A stretch of 64,000 nt of DNA, from assembly GCA_910577315.1 (NCBI GenBank), contig CAJTME010000004.1:105732-169731 (forward strand), given 5' to 3'. The stretch comes from an uncultured Muribaculaceae bacterium. Lineage in GTDB: Bacteria; Bacteroidota; Bacteroidia; Bacteroidales; Muribaculaceae. Each line of letters begins with the position of its first letter. The stretch's first letter is position 1. A program made the position numbers and the translations under genes. Positions 1 to 8,226 of this stretch are shown here, one piece after another. The notes below the pieces were generated by a model. That model was not told the origin of the DNA. It did not search any database and saw nothing but the letters and a program-made list of their open reading frames with translations.

Positions 1-116
1 ACATCATTGACATGGGCCCTGACGGCGGAGCCGGGGGCGGACGCATACTCGCATCAGGCACACCGGAACAAATCGCGGCAGGAAACTCACCCACTGCAAA
101 ATACATTTTTGAATGA
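1..116 (+). CDS. uvrA: Excinuclease ABC subunit A, 3' fragment (partial at window edge)
   Basis: Frame from nt 3 reads [37 protein letters not shown], matching the UvrA C-terminal IIDxGPxGGxxGG...GTPE motif. Confidence 0.85.
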   Translation, partial: IIDMGPDGGAGGGRILASGTPEQIAAGNSPTAKYIFE

Positions 117-159
117 TCCGGGTGTCGGAACGTATCTCTAAAATAATGTAAGATTTTTT

Positions 160-190
160 ATTGCCGAATGGAAATTATGTGTTAACTTTG
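160..190 (+). promoter_or_regulatory. Bacteroidetes housekeeping promoter for the glnA operon
   Basis: TAACTTTG (-7 element) at 183-190; (A)TTG at 160-163, 19-nt spacer. Confidence 0.65.
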
Positions 191-460
191 CGGCATAATT
201 TTTCCTTATGGAGATTATTCGCCTATCATACGACCTGCGCCATGCGAGTCCGGCGGCTTCAAAAAGCCGACGAAAATCGTTTGCCGCGGGTTCTTTGATT
301 ATATAACCCCAATGACACACCGATTGCATGATACACAAACGGACAAGCACAACGACGGACCAACGCAGTGGCCGCACGCGCGTTTGTCCGTTCGGCTTTG
401 TAAATGTCGTTGGATTCATATCACGATACATTCTTTCCATAATCAATAAAAGTAAAAAAG

Positions 461-2650
461 ATGTCATCTTTGCGATTTAAAGTGGTCGAAGAAGCCTTCG
501 ACAGAAAGGCAGTTCCCGTGGAGATCCCCGCAGAACGCCCCGAAACCTACTACGCAAAAGCGGTGTTCAACCGCAAAAAAATGTACGAGTATCTTCCGAA
601 GGCCACCTACAATGCCCTCATTACCGCCATTGAGGACAAGCAGCCCATCTCGCGTTCCCTTGCCGACAGTGTGGCCGAAGGCATGAAGCGCTGGGCCGTG
701 GACAACGGTGCCCGTCACTACACCCACTGGTTCCATCCCCTCACCGACGGTACTGCCGAGAAACATGACGCATTCATCGACCATGACGGCAAGGGCGGCG
801 TGGTTGAGGAATTTTCCGGCAAGCTTCTCGTCCAGCAGGAACCTGATGCATCGTCGTTCCCCAACGGTGGCATCCGCAACACATTCGAGGCCCGAGGCTA
901 TTCGGCGTGGGATATTTCTTCGCCGGCCTTCATCCTCGACGGCACCCTGTGCATTCCCACCATCTTCATCTCATACACCGGCGAGAGCCTTGACTACAAG
1001 ACCCCCCTTCTCCGCGCCCTCAATGCCGTTGACCGCTCGGCCACGGAGGTAGCCCGCCTGTTCGATCCCGAAGTAAAGCACGTCAAGTCGTTCCTCGGTT
1101 GGGAGCAGGAATATTTCCTGGTAGACGAGGCCCTGTTCTCGGCACGTCCCGACCTTATGCTCACCGGCCGCACCCTCATGGGACATGAGAGCGCCAAAAA
1201 CCAGCAGCTCGAAGACCATTATTTCGGTGCCATACCCTCGCGTGTCGAGGCTTTTATGCTTGACCTTGAGATTGAGGCCCACCGCCTCGGCATCCCCGTG
1301 AAAACCCGTCACAACGAGGTAGCTCCAAACCAGTTCGAGCTTGCCCCCATTTATGAGGAAACCAACCTTGCCAACGACCACAACCTCCTTGTCATGACCC
1401 TTATGGCTGAGGTTGCCCGCCGTCATAATTTCCGTGTGCTTCTGCATGAAAAGCCTTTCTCGGGCATCAACGGCTCGGGCAAGCATAATAACTGGAGTCT
1501 CGGTACCGACAAGGGGGACATGCTTTTTGCCCCAGGCAAAACGGCCATGGATAACCTGCGCTTCCTCACATTTACCGTAAACGTGATGGCTGCCGTGCAT
1601 CGCCACAACGCGTTGCTGAAAGCTTCAATCATGTCGGCCACCAACTCCCACCGTCTCGGCGCCAACGAGGCTCCTCCCGCCATCATCTCGATTTTCCTCG
1701 GCACTCAACTGAGCCACGTCCTTGACCAGATTGAGAACGCCACGCCCGAACAGCTCGCCACCCTTTCGGCCAAGGAGAGCAAGGAACTGGGTCTGGCACA
1801 GATTCCCGAACTGATGCTCGACAACACCGACCGCAACCGAACATCGCCCTTTGCTTTCACCGGCAACAGGTTTGAATTCCGTGCTGTCGGCTCGAGCGCA
1901 AACTGCGCATGTTCGATGATTGCACTCAACGCCGCCGTGGCCGATCAGCTCACAAGTTTCCACAAGGATGTTAAAGCCCGCATGGATGCCGGAGCATCGC
2001 TGAAAGACGCCCTCCTTGAAGAAATACGTATCCTTGTGAAGCAGTCGAAAGCCATTCATTTTGACGGCAACGGCTACTCCGACGAGTGGAAAGAAGAGGC
2101 AGCCCGTCGCGGTCTTGACTGCGAGACGTCGGCTCCAAAAATCTTCGACGCCTACCTTGCGCCATCGTCTGTCGAAATGTTTGAGCGCACGGGCGTGTTC
2201 TCCAAGGTGGAACTTGAAGCGCGCAACGAGGTAAAATGGGAAATGTATACCAAGAAAGTACAGATTGAGGCCCGCGTGCTCGGCGACCTCGCCATCAACC
2301 ATATCATTCCGGTCGCCACACGCTATCAGTCGCTCCTCGTTGACAACGTGGTTAAGCTGAAAGACCTCTTTCCGGGTGTGAAAGGCGCGAAAGTCGTTGC
2401 CCACGACCTTGACACAATCGAGAAGATTTCGGAACACATGGACATCATCAAGACCGAAACCGACCGAATGATTGAAGCCCGCAAGGCTGCGAACCGCATC
2501 GAGGATGAACGTGAAAAGGCCATCGCCTATCACGACACCGTTATTCCGCCCATGGAAATAATCCGCTATCACATCGACAAGCTCGAGCTGATGGTTGACA
2601 ATGAAATGTGGCCTCTGCCCAAATACCGCGAACTTCTCTTCATCCGTTAA
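461..2650 (+). CDS. glnA: Glutamine synthetase type III
   Basis: 729 aa; HWFHPLTDGTAEKHDAF, EPDASSFPNGG, HNEVAPNQFE, NGSGKHNNWS, DRNRTSPFAFTGNRFEFR, C-terminal WPLPKY. Confidence 0.97.
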   Translation: MSSLRFKVVEEAFDRKAVPVEIPAERPETYYAKAVFNRKKMYEYLPKATYNALITAIEDKQPISRSLADSVAEGMKRWAVDNGARHYTHWFHPLTDGTAEKHDAFIDHDGKGGVVEEFSGKLLVQQEPDASSFPNGGIRNTFEARGYSAWDISSPAFILDGTLCIPTIFISYTGESLDYKTPLLRALNAVDRSATEVARLFDPEVKHVKSFLGWEQEYFLVDEALFSARPDLMLTGRTLMGHESAKNQQLEDHYFGAIPSRVEAFMLDLEIEAHRLGIPVKTRHNEVAPNQFELAPIYEETNLANDHNLLVMTLMAEVARRHNFRVLLHEKPFSGINGSGKHNNWSLGTDKGDMLFAPGKTAMDNLRFLTFTVNVMAAVHRHNALLKASIMSATNSHRLGANEAPPAIISIFLGTQLSHVLDQIENATPEQLATLSAKESKELGLAQIPELMLDNTDRNRTSPFAFTGNRFEFRAVGSSANCACSMIALNAAVADQLTSFHKDVKARMDAGASLKDALLEEIRILVKQSKAIHFDGNGYSDEWKEEAARRGLDCETSAPKIFDAYLAPSSVEMFERTGVFSKVELEARNEVKWEMYTKKVQIEARVLGDLAINHIIPVATRYQSLLVDNVVKLKDLFPGVKGAKVVAHDLDTIEKISEHMDIIKTETDRMIEARKAANRIEDEREKAIAYHDTVIPPMEIIRYHIDKLELMVDNEMWPLPKYRELLFIR

Positions 2651-4536
2651 TGGAACCACTCAAACATGAATGCGGCGTAGCTCTCATAAGGCTACGCCGC
2701 CCTCTTCAATACTATAAGGAAAAGTACGGTTCGGTGACCTATGCCCTCGACAAGCTGTATCTCCTTATGGAAAAACAGCACAACAGGGGCCAGGAAGCCG
2801 CCGGCGTCGGCGTCATAAAGCTAAACGCCCCTGCCGGCCACGAGCTGATATGCCGCGAACGTGCCCTTGGCAAGGATGCCATACAGAACATTTTTGCCAC
2901 AATCGGCGGTGAAATCCCGGCCGATGTAAATTCGATGCCGGTTGATGACGTCGACAGCTATGTGCCATACATAGGGCAGATTTACATGGGGCACCTGCGT
3001 TATTCCACCACCGGGAAAAGCGGCATACGGTATGCCCACCCTGTTTTGAGGCGCAACAACTGGCGGTCGCGTTCGCTGATGCTATGCGGCAACTTCAACA
3101 TGACCAACGTGCGCGACATGTTTGACCGTGTGGTGTCGTCGGGCCAGCATCCCCGTATCTACTCCGACACGAACATGATTCTGGAACAGGTCGGTTTCGC
3201 TCTTGACGAGGAAAACCAGCGGCTTTACCGCGAGTTGCGGGGGACGTTGCAGGATCCTGAGCTTGCCCACACGATTGAAGACCGCCTCGATATGGCCTCG
3301 GTGCTGTCGAGCGTCGCGCCCGGATGGGACGGAGGATACGTTATGTGCGGTGCAACGGGATCGGGCGATATGTTTGCCGTGCGCGACCCGCATGGTATCC
3401 GCCCCGCGTTTTACTATTACGACGACGAGATTGTCGTTCTCGCGTCGGAGCGTCCGGTGATTCAGACCGTGTTCGACGTGCCGATGGATTCCGTCAGGGA
3501 GCTTGGCATGGGCGAGGCGCTGTTGGTCAATAAGGCGGGTGATGTCTCAACCAGGCGCATCCTTCCCGAAGGCGACAACTGCCGCTGCTCGTTCGAGCGT
3601 ATATATTTCTCCCGCGGTTCAGATGCCGACATATACCGGGAGCGCAAGGCACTGGGCGAGGCTCTCGTGCCTAAACTTCTGAAGATGGTCGATTATGACT
3701 TCGACCACACCGTGTTCTCGTTCATACCCAACACCGCCGAGGTTGCATTCTTCGGTATGATGCAGGGTCTGGAAAAGCGCCTTGACGGATGCAAGACCGC
3801 CGATATACAGCGCCTTATAGCTTACGGAGACGCCACTGATGAAAACATTCGCAATGTGCTTTCGCGTCGTGTGCGGGTAGAGAAGGTCGTAATAAAGGAT
3901 GTCAAGATGCGCACATTCATTGCCGAAGGCTCGTCACGCGACGATATGGTGGCGCACGTCTACGATGTCACCTACGGAACGGTCACCCCAGGGGTCGATA
4001 CCCTGGTCGCCATCGACGACTCGATTGTGCGCGGCACCACCCTGCGCCAGTCAATCCTTCGTCAGCTCGACCGCGTCAATCCACGCCGTATCATCATAGT
4101 GAGCTCGTCGCCTCAGGTGCGTTATCCCGATTATTATGGAATCGACATGTCGGCCCTTGACCAGTTCATTGCATTCCACGCCGCCATAAAGTTGCTTGTT
4201 GACATAGGCCGTGCAGATGTAATTCACGACACTTACCGCGCATGCCTGGCCCAGCGGAACCTGCCCGGAGATGAACGTACCAACTGCGTGAAAGCCATCT
4301 ATGCCCCATTTACCGAAGACGACATCTCGCACGCCATAGCCGATATACTGGTGTCGGACTCCCGTCATCCTCTGAAAGCCGAGGTGGACATCCTGTACCA
4401 AAGTCTTGACGGACTCCATGAGGCAATCCCCGACTATCCCGGCGACTGGTATTTCTCGGGCGACTACCCCACCCCCGGTGGAAACAGGCTCGTCAACGAG
4501 GCATACATAGCCTGGTATGAAAACAACATGATTTAG
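2650..4536 (+). CDS. purF: Amidophosphoribosyltransferase
   Basis: Start MEPLKHECG overlaps glnA stop (TAATG); QHNRGQE, GHLRYST, RDPHGIRP, CSFERIYFSR, PRPP loop VAIDDSIVRGTT. Confidence 0.93.
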   Translation: MEPLKHECGVALIRLRRPLQYYKEKYGSVTYALDKLYLLMEKQHNRGQEAAGVGVIKLNAPAGHELICRERALGKDAIQNIFATIGGEIPADVNSMPVDDVDSYVPYIGQIYMGHLRYSTTGKSGIRYAHPVLRRNNWRSRSLMLCGNFNMTNVRDMFDRVVSSGQHPRIYSDTNMILEQVGFALDEENQRLYRELRGTLQDPELAHTIEDRLDMASVLSSVAPGWDGGYVMCGATGSGDMFAVRDPHGIRPAFYYYDDEIVVLASERPVIQTVFDVPMDSVRELGMGEALLVNKAGDVSTRRILPEGDNCRCSFERIYFSRGSDADIYRERKALGEALVPKLLKMVDYDFDHTVFSFIPNTAEVAFFGMMQGLEKRLDGCKTADIQRLIAYGDATDENIRNVLSRRVRVEKVVIKDVKMRTFIAEGSSRDDMVAHVYDVTYGTVTPGVDTLVAIDDSIVRGTTLRQSILRQLDRVNPRRIIIVSSSPQVRYPDYYGIDMSALDQFIAFHAAIKLLVDIGRADVIHDTYRACLAQRNLPGDERTNCVKAIYAPFTEDDISHAIADILVSDSRHPLKAEVDILYQSLDGLHEAIPDYPGDWYFSGDYPTPGGNRLVNEAYIAWYENNMI

Positions 4537-4670
4537 AGGCGCAGACCGGCTGTTTTTTCGTATTTTGCCGGAATATTTTTGGAAGTAAGCCAATAAATTG
4601 TTAATTTCGCACCATAAAATTAAAAGCTCAAAAGGCACATTTGTGAATCCCTAATATCATAAGAACTTAT

Positions 4671-7343
4671 ATGAAGCTCACCTTAAACATTGATTACCGC
4701 ACCAACTGGGGCGAATCATTGTATATTTCGGGTAATTGCGAAGCTCTTGGCAACGGCGAATGGAACCGTGCCCTCAAGATGACCCTTGACGGCACCGAAC
4801 ATTGGTCGGCCACGGTTGAACTGCCCGACGACACCCAGGTGCTCGAATATCACTATGAAGTGCGCCATGACAACGGCCATACCAAGGCTGAATGGGGCGC
4901 TCCCCACCGCTTCGCACGCGGCCGCAATGCCCGTGTATACGACATTTATGACCGCTGGCAGGATCAGCCCTGGGACAAGCCCTATTATTCATCGGCCTTT
5001 ACCGAATGTATATGCAGCCGTTCCATGCGCGCCAAGGAATCTCTTCCCCGCGTGGGTTACGTGACCTTCCAGGTTGCCGCTCCCATGATTGCCCCAGACT
5101 GCGTTCTTGCAATAAGTGGTGACGCACCCTCGCTCGGCAACTGGAATCCCGCCGAAGCAAAGGTGATGAGCGATGCCTGCTTCCCCAACTGGACAATAAC
5201 GGTTGAAGGGAAGGACCTCGCACCTGATACTGAATATAAGTTCGTGATTCTCACAAAGAACGGCGACGTTGTCGCATGGGAAGGTGGTGACAACCGCCGT
5301 GTTGGCGTGAAACCCGCTGCCGATGCTTCGACCATCGTGGCCGGCATGCGTTTCATCAACCCCCTCTCGTCATGGAAGGGAGCCGGAACGGCAATTCCCG
5401 TTTTCTCGCTCCGTTCCGAGGAGGACTTCGGCGTCGGTGATTTCTATGATCTCAAAAAGATGATTGACTGGTGCAAGGCGACAGGTCAGACATTCCTCCA
5501 GATTCTGCCTATCAACGACACCACCATGACCCATACCTGGCAGGATTCATATCCCTACAATGCCAACACCTGTTTCGCTCTCCACCCAATGTACCTGCGA
5601 CTTGAGGAACTTGGCCTTCTCGCCGATCCCGCCCGCCGCGAGTACTACGAGAACCTTCGTCAAGAACTCAACGCATTGACCCAGGTTGATTACGAGCGTG
5701 TGAATCAGGCCAAGATTTCATATTTCCGTGAAATATTCGCGCAAGAAGGCGAGCGCACCGTCAAGAGCGCCGATTTCAAGGCTTTCGTGGCTAAGAACGA
5801 GTCATGGCTGATGCCGTATGCCGCTTTCTGCGTGCTACGCGACAAGTTCCATACTCCAGTGTTTTCCCAGTGGGGTGAATATGCCGAGTATGACAAGGCG
5901 AAGATTGACAGCTTCATCGCTGCCAACCGCGATGAAATAAACTATGTATGCTATCTGCAGTATCACCTTGACAAGCAGATGCAGCATGTTCATCAGTATG
6001 CCAATGCCAACGGTATCGCCATCAAGGGCGACATTCCCATCGGTATCTCGCGCGACAGCGTTGACGCTTGGACCGATACCCGTCTGTTTAACATGGACTG
6101 TCAGGCCGGTGCACCGCCGGATGATTTCTCGGTGCTTGGCCAGAACTGGGGCTTCCCCACATATAATTGGGAGGAAATGGGCCGTGACGGTTTCAAATGG
6201 TGGAAAGACCGCTTCCGCAAAATGAGCGAGTATTTCGATGCCTACCGAATCGACCACGTGCTTGGATTCTTCCGCATATGGCAGATTCCTTACGATGCAA
6301 TCCACGGCCTGCTCGGCATCTTTAACCCTGCCCTGCCCTTCACTCCCGACGAGCTGCGCTACAACTACGACTTCTGGCTTGATGTGGACTTGCAGACGAC
6401 TCCCTACATCATGGACCATTTCCTCGGCGATTTCTTCGGCGAATATGCCGACGAGGCCCGCGACAGGTTCATGTATAACGTAAGCTATGGCCGCTACAAG
6501 CTCAAGGACGATTTTGCAACCCAGCGCGCCGTCGCCGACTATTTCGCAACTCAGGAAAAGAACGACAAGAATACCCGCCTGTGCCAGGGCCTCATGGGCC
6601 TCATCGACCAGGTGCTCTTCATCGAGGATCCTGTTGAAAAAGGCAAATATCATCCCCGCATCTCGGCTCAGTTCACATATACATACCGTGCGCTGAACGA
6701 TTACGAGCGCTGGTGTTTTGACCGTCTCTACAACGACTTCTTCTACCGCCGCCACAACGATTTCTGGTATGGCAAGGCTATGTGGAAGCTGCCCCCGCTC
6801 ATCGACGCGACCAACATGCTCACCTGTGCGGAAGATCTCGGCATGATTCCCAGCTGCGTACCCGCCGTGCTCAGCCAGCTTGAAATCCTCACACTTGAGA
6901 TTCAGCGCATGCCCAAGGATCCCACAACTCCTTTCGGCATCACCTGGAACTATCCCTATTACAGCGTTTGCACCACATCAACTCACGACATGGGCGGTAT
7001 CCGCGCCTGGTGGGAGGAAGACCGTGCGAAGACCAACGATTTCTATCACAACATGCTCCATCAGGGTGGCGAAGCTCCCTACTTTGCCGAGCCGTGGGTA
7101 TGTGAGAAGATTCTCGACCTTCAGGTTAAGTCGCCCTCGATGCTCTGCATCATTCCTCTCGCCGACTGGCTTTCGATGGACGGAACCCTCCGCCGCGAGA
7201 ATCCTGCTGATGAAATCATCAACGTGCCCGCAAATCCCCGCCACTACTGGCGCTACCGCATGCACCTGACCCTTGAACAGCTCAAATCAGAGACAGGTTT
7301 CAACAACCGTCTCAAGGAGCTTATAAAGACTTCGGGCCGCTAA
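4671..7343 (+). CDS. malQ: 4-alpha-glucanotransferase (GH77) with two N-terminal CBM20-like domains
   Basis: 890 aa; CBM20-like ALGNGEW/SLGNWNP; KGDIPIGI, AGAPPDDF, GQNWGFPTYNW, YRIDHVLGFFRIW, CAEDLG, STHDM. Confidence 0.95.
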   Translation: MKLTLNIDYRTNWGESLYISGNCEALGNGEWNRALKMTLDGTEHWSATVELPDDTQVLEYHYEVRHDNGHTKAEWGAPHRFARGRNARVYDIYDRWQDQPWDKPYYSSAFTECICSRSMRAKESLPRVGYVTFQVAAPMIAPDCVLAISGDAPSLGNWNPAEAKVMSDACFPNWTITVEGKDLAPDTEYKFVILTKNGDVVAWEGGDNRRVGVKPAADASTIVAGMRFINPLSSWKGAGTAIPVFSLRSEEDFGVGDFYDLKKMIDWCKATGQTFLQILPINDTTMTHTWQDSYPYNANTCFALHPMYLRLEELGLLADPARREYYENLRQELNALTQVDYERVNQAKISYFREIFAQEGERTVKSADFKAFVAKNESWLMPYAAFCVLRDKFHTPVFSQWGEYAEYDKAKIDSFIAANRDEINYVCYLQYHLDKQMQHVHQYANANGIAIKGDIPIGISRDSVDAWTDTRLFNMDCQAGAPPDDFSVLGQNWGFPTYNWEEMGRDGFKWWKDRFRKMSEYFDAYRIDHVLGFFRIWQIPYDAIHGLLGIFNPALPFTPDELRYNYDFWLDVDLQTTPYIMDHFLGDFFGEYADEARDRFMYNVSYGRYKLKDDFATQRAVADYFATQEKNDKNTRLCQGLMGLIDQVLFIEDPVEKGKYHPRISAQFTYTYRALNDYERWCFDRLYNDFFYRRHNDFWYGKAMWKLPPLIDATNMLTCAEDLGMIPSCVPAVLSQLEILTLEIQRMPKDPTTPFGITWNYPYYSVCTTSTHDMGGIRAWWEEDRAKTNDFYHNMLHQGGEAPYFAEPWVCEKILDLQVKSPSMLCIIPLADWLSMDGTLRRENPADEIINVPANPRHYWRYRMHLTLEQLKSETGFNNRLKELIKTSGR

Positions 7344-7357
7344 GAATACTCAAACGT

Positions 7358-7402
7358 TACGCCCTGCATGGCCAACGTCAACCGTTGGCCATGCAGGGCG
7401 TA
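7358..7402. terminator. Probable bidirectional terminator
   Basis: Perfect 20-bp inverted repeat TACGCCCTGCATGGCCAACG with 5-nt loop, between convergent genes. Confidence 0.85.
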
Positions 7403-7426
7403 TGTCTTTTTTAGTGAAGGCTGAGA

Positions 7427-7900
7427 TTATTCAGTGTAGACTTCGTGATGGAAGTGGGGTGCGATTACCTCGTCGGCAGCCCTGGTGGCATAGTCGCCTT
7501 CCGTGGAGATGAAGACCCAGTCGATGTCGTTGCGACGGCGAAGGTCACCGACAAAGAAAGCTTCTGCCTGGGGAGAGCCTACCACAACAAGACGGTTGAC
7601 ACCTGCCTCGCGGGCAGCGTTCACCATTTCGTCATAGCGATCGAGCACGAAGCTGTTGGCATCATGGTCAGTCTGGTCATCGTCGAAGGTGAAGATTACG
7701 TCATGATAGCCTTCAAACGAGTCTTTAAGGGCGTCTTTGGTGTCGATTTCGAGGCGCGAGATGGTGAGGTTCTCATAGTTGAGCATCAAATGCTCGGGAT
7801 TTTTTATAAATGCATTTACGGAAAGTCCGCGATGGAGGAGAGCCGACAGTACATCGGCGAATACCTGGCCGCCGAGGCCGGTGATTGCAACTTCTTTCAT
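7427..7900 (-). CDS. Short NAD(P)H-binding (Rossmann-like) protein
   Basis: MKEVAITGLGGQV start, GVNRLVVVGS, IDWVFIS; resembles a shortened NAD(P)-dependent oxidoreductase. Confidence 0.7.
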   Translation of the reverse strand: MKEVAITGLGGQVFADVLSALLHRGLSVNAFIKNPEHLMLNYENLTISRLEIDTKDALKDSFEGYHDVIFTFDDDQTDHDANSFVLDRYDEMVNAAREAGVNRLVVVGSPQAEAFFVGDLRRRNDIDWVFISTEGDYATRAADEVIAPHFHHEVYTE

Positions 7901-8046
7901 AGCTGTGTATGTTTTTGTATTGTGTTTTATTTGTGTTATCAAACTTACGTTCTATCCTTTTAACAATTCAGCCGCCGTGTTGTTTGACAGGTAAAATAAA
8001 ATCACTAAATTTGCATTAAAGAATACGTAGATTTTTTAGATAACAC

Positions 8047-8226
8047 ATGGACACCCTTCCCAAAGACCCATATATGCTGCTCAGTGTCGTGAACATGAAG
8101 TTGCGCGACCATTACCCTACCCTTGAGGCGCTATGCGAAGATCTTGGCGTGGACCGGCATGAGCTGGAGACGGCGCTTAAAACGGCCGGATTTACTTACG
8201 ACTCAGAGCACAACCGTTTTGCCTGA
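8047..8226 (+). CDS. DUF4250-like small protein (59 aa, not in ORF track)
   Basis: MDTLPKDPYMLLSVVNMKLRDHYPTLEALCEDLGVD...AGFTYDSEHNRFA*; TGATG overlap with the helicase. Confidence 0.85.
   Translation: MDTLPKDPYMLLSVVNMKLRDHYPTLEALCEDLGVDRHELETALKTAGFTYDSEHNRFA

Noticed and set aside
138..467. 109-aa minus-strand ORF and a 45-codon plus ORF (312-449) in the glnA leader
   Set aside because: No motif or start context; the region is better explained as promoter plus structured UTR
2608..2649. Extended N-termini given by the ORF track for purF, sanA, nitroreductase, rpsF, hemW, mutA, ruvC, menE, pelA and DUF5063
   Set aside because: Downstream ATGs fit the family N-termini, stop/start overlaps and promoter positions better
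1625..2659. Long antisense ORFs opposite glnA, malQ, pcrA, nrdJ, scpA, the 1358-aa gene, aguA and nrdD
   Set aside because: Shadow frames expected from codon bias in well-supported sense genes; no recognisable motifs
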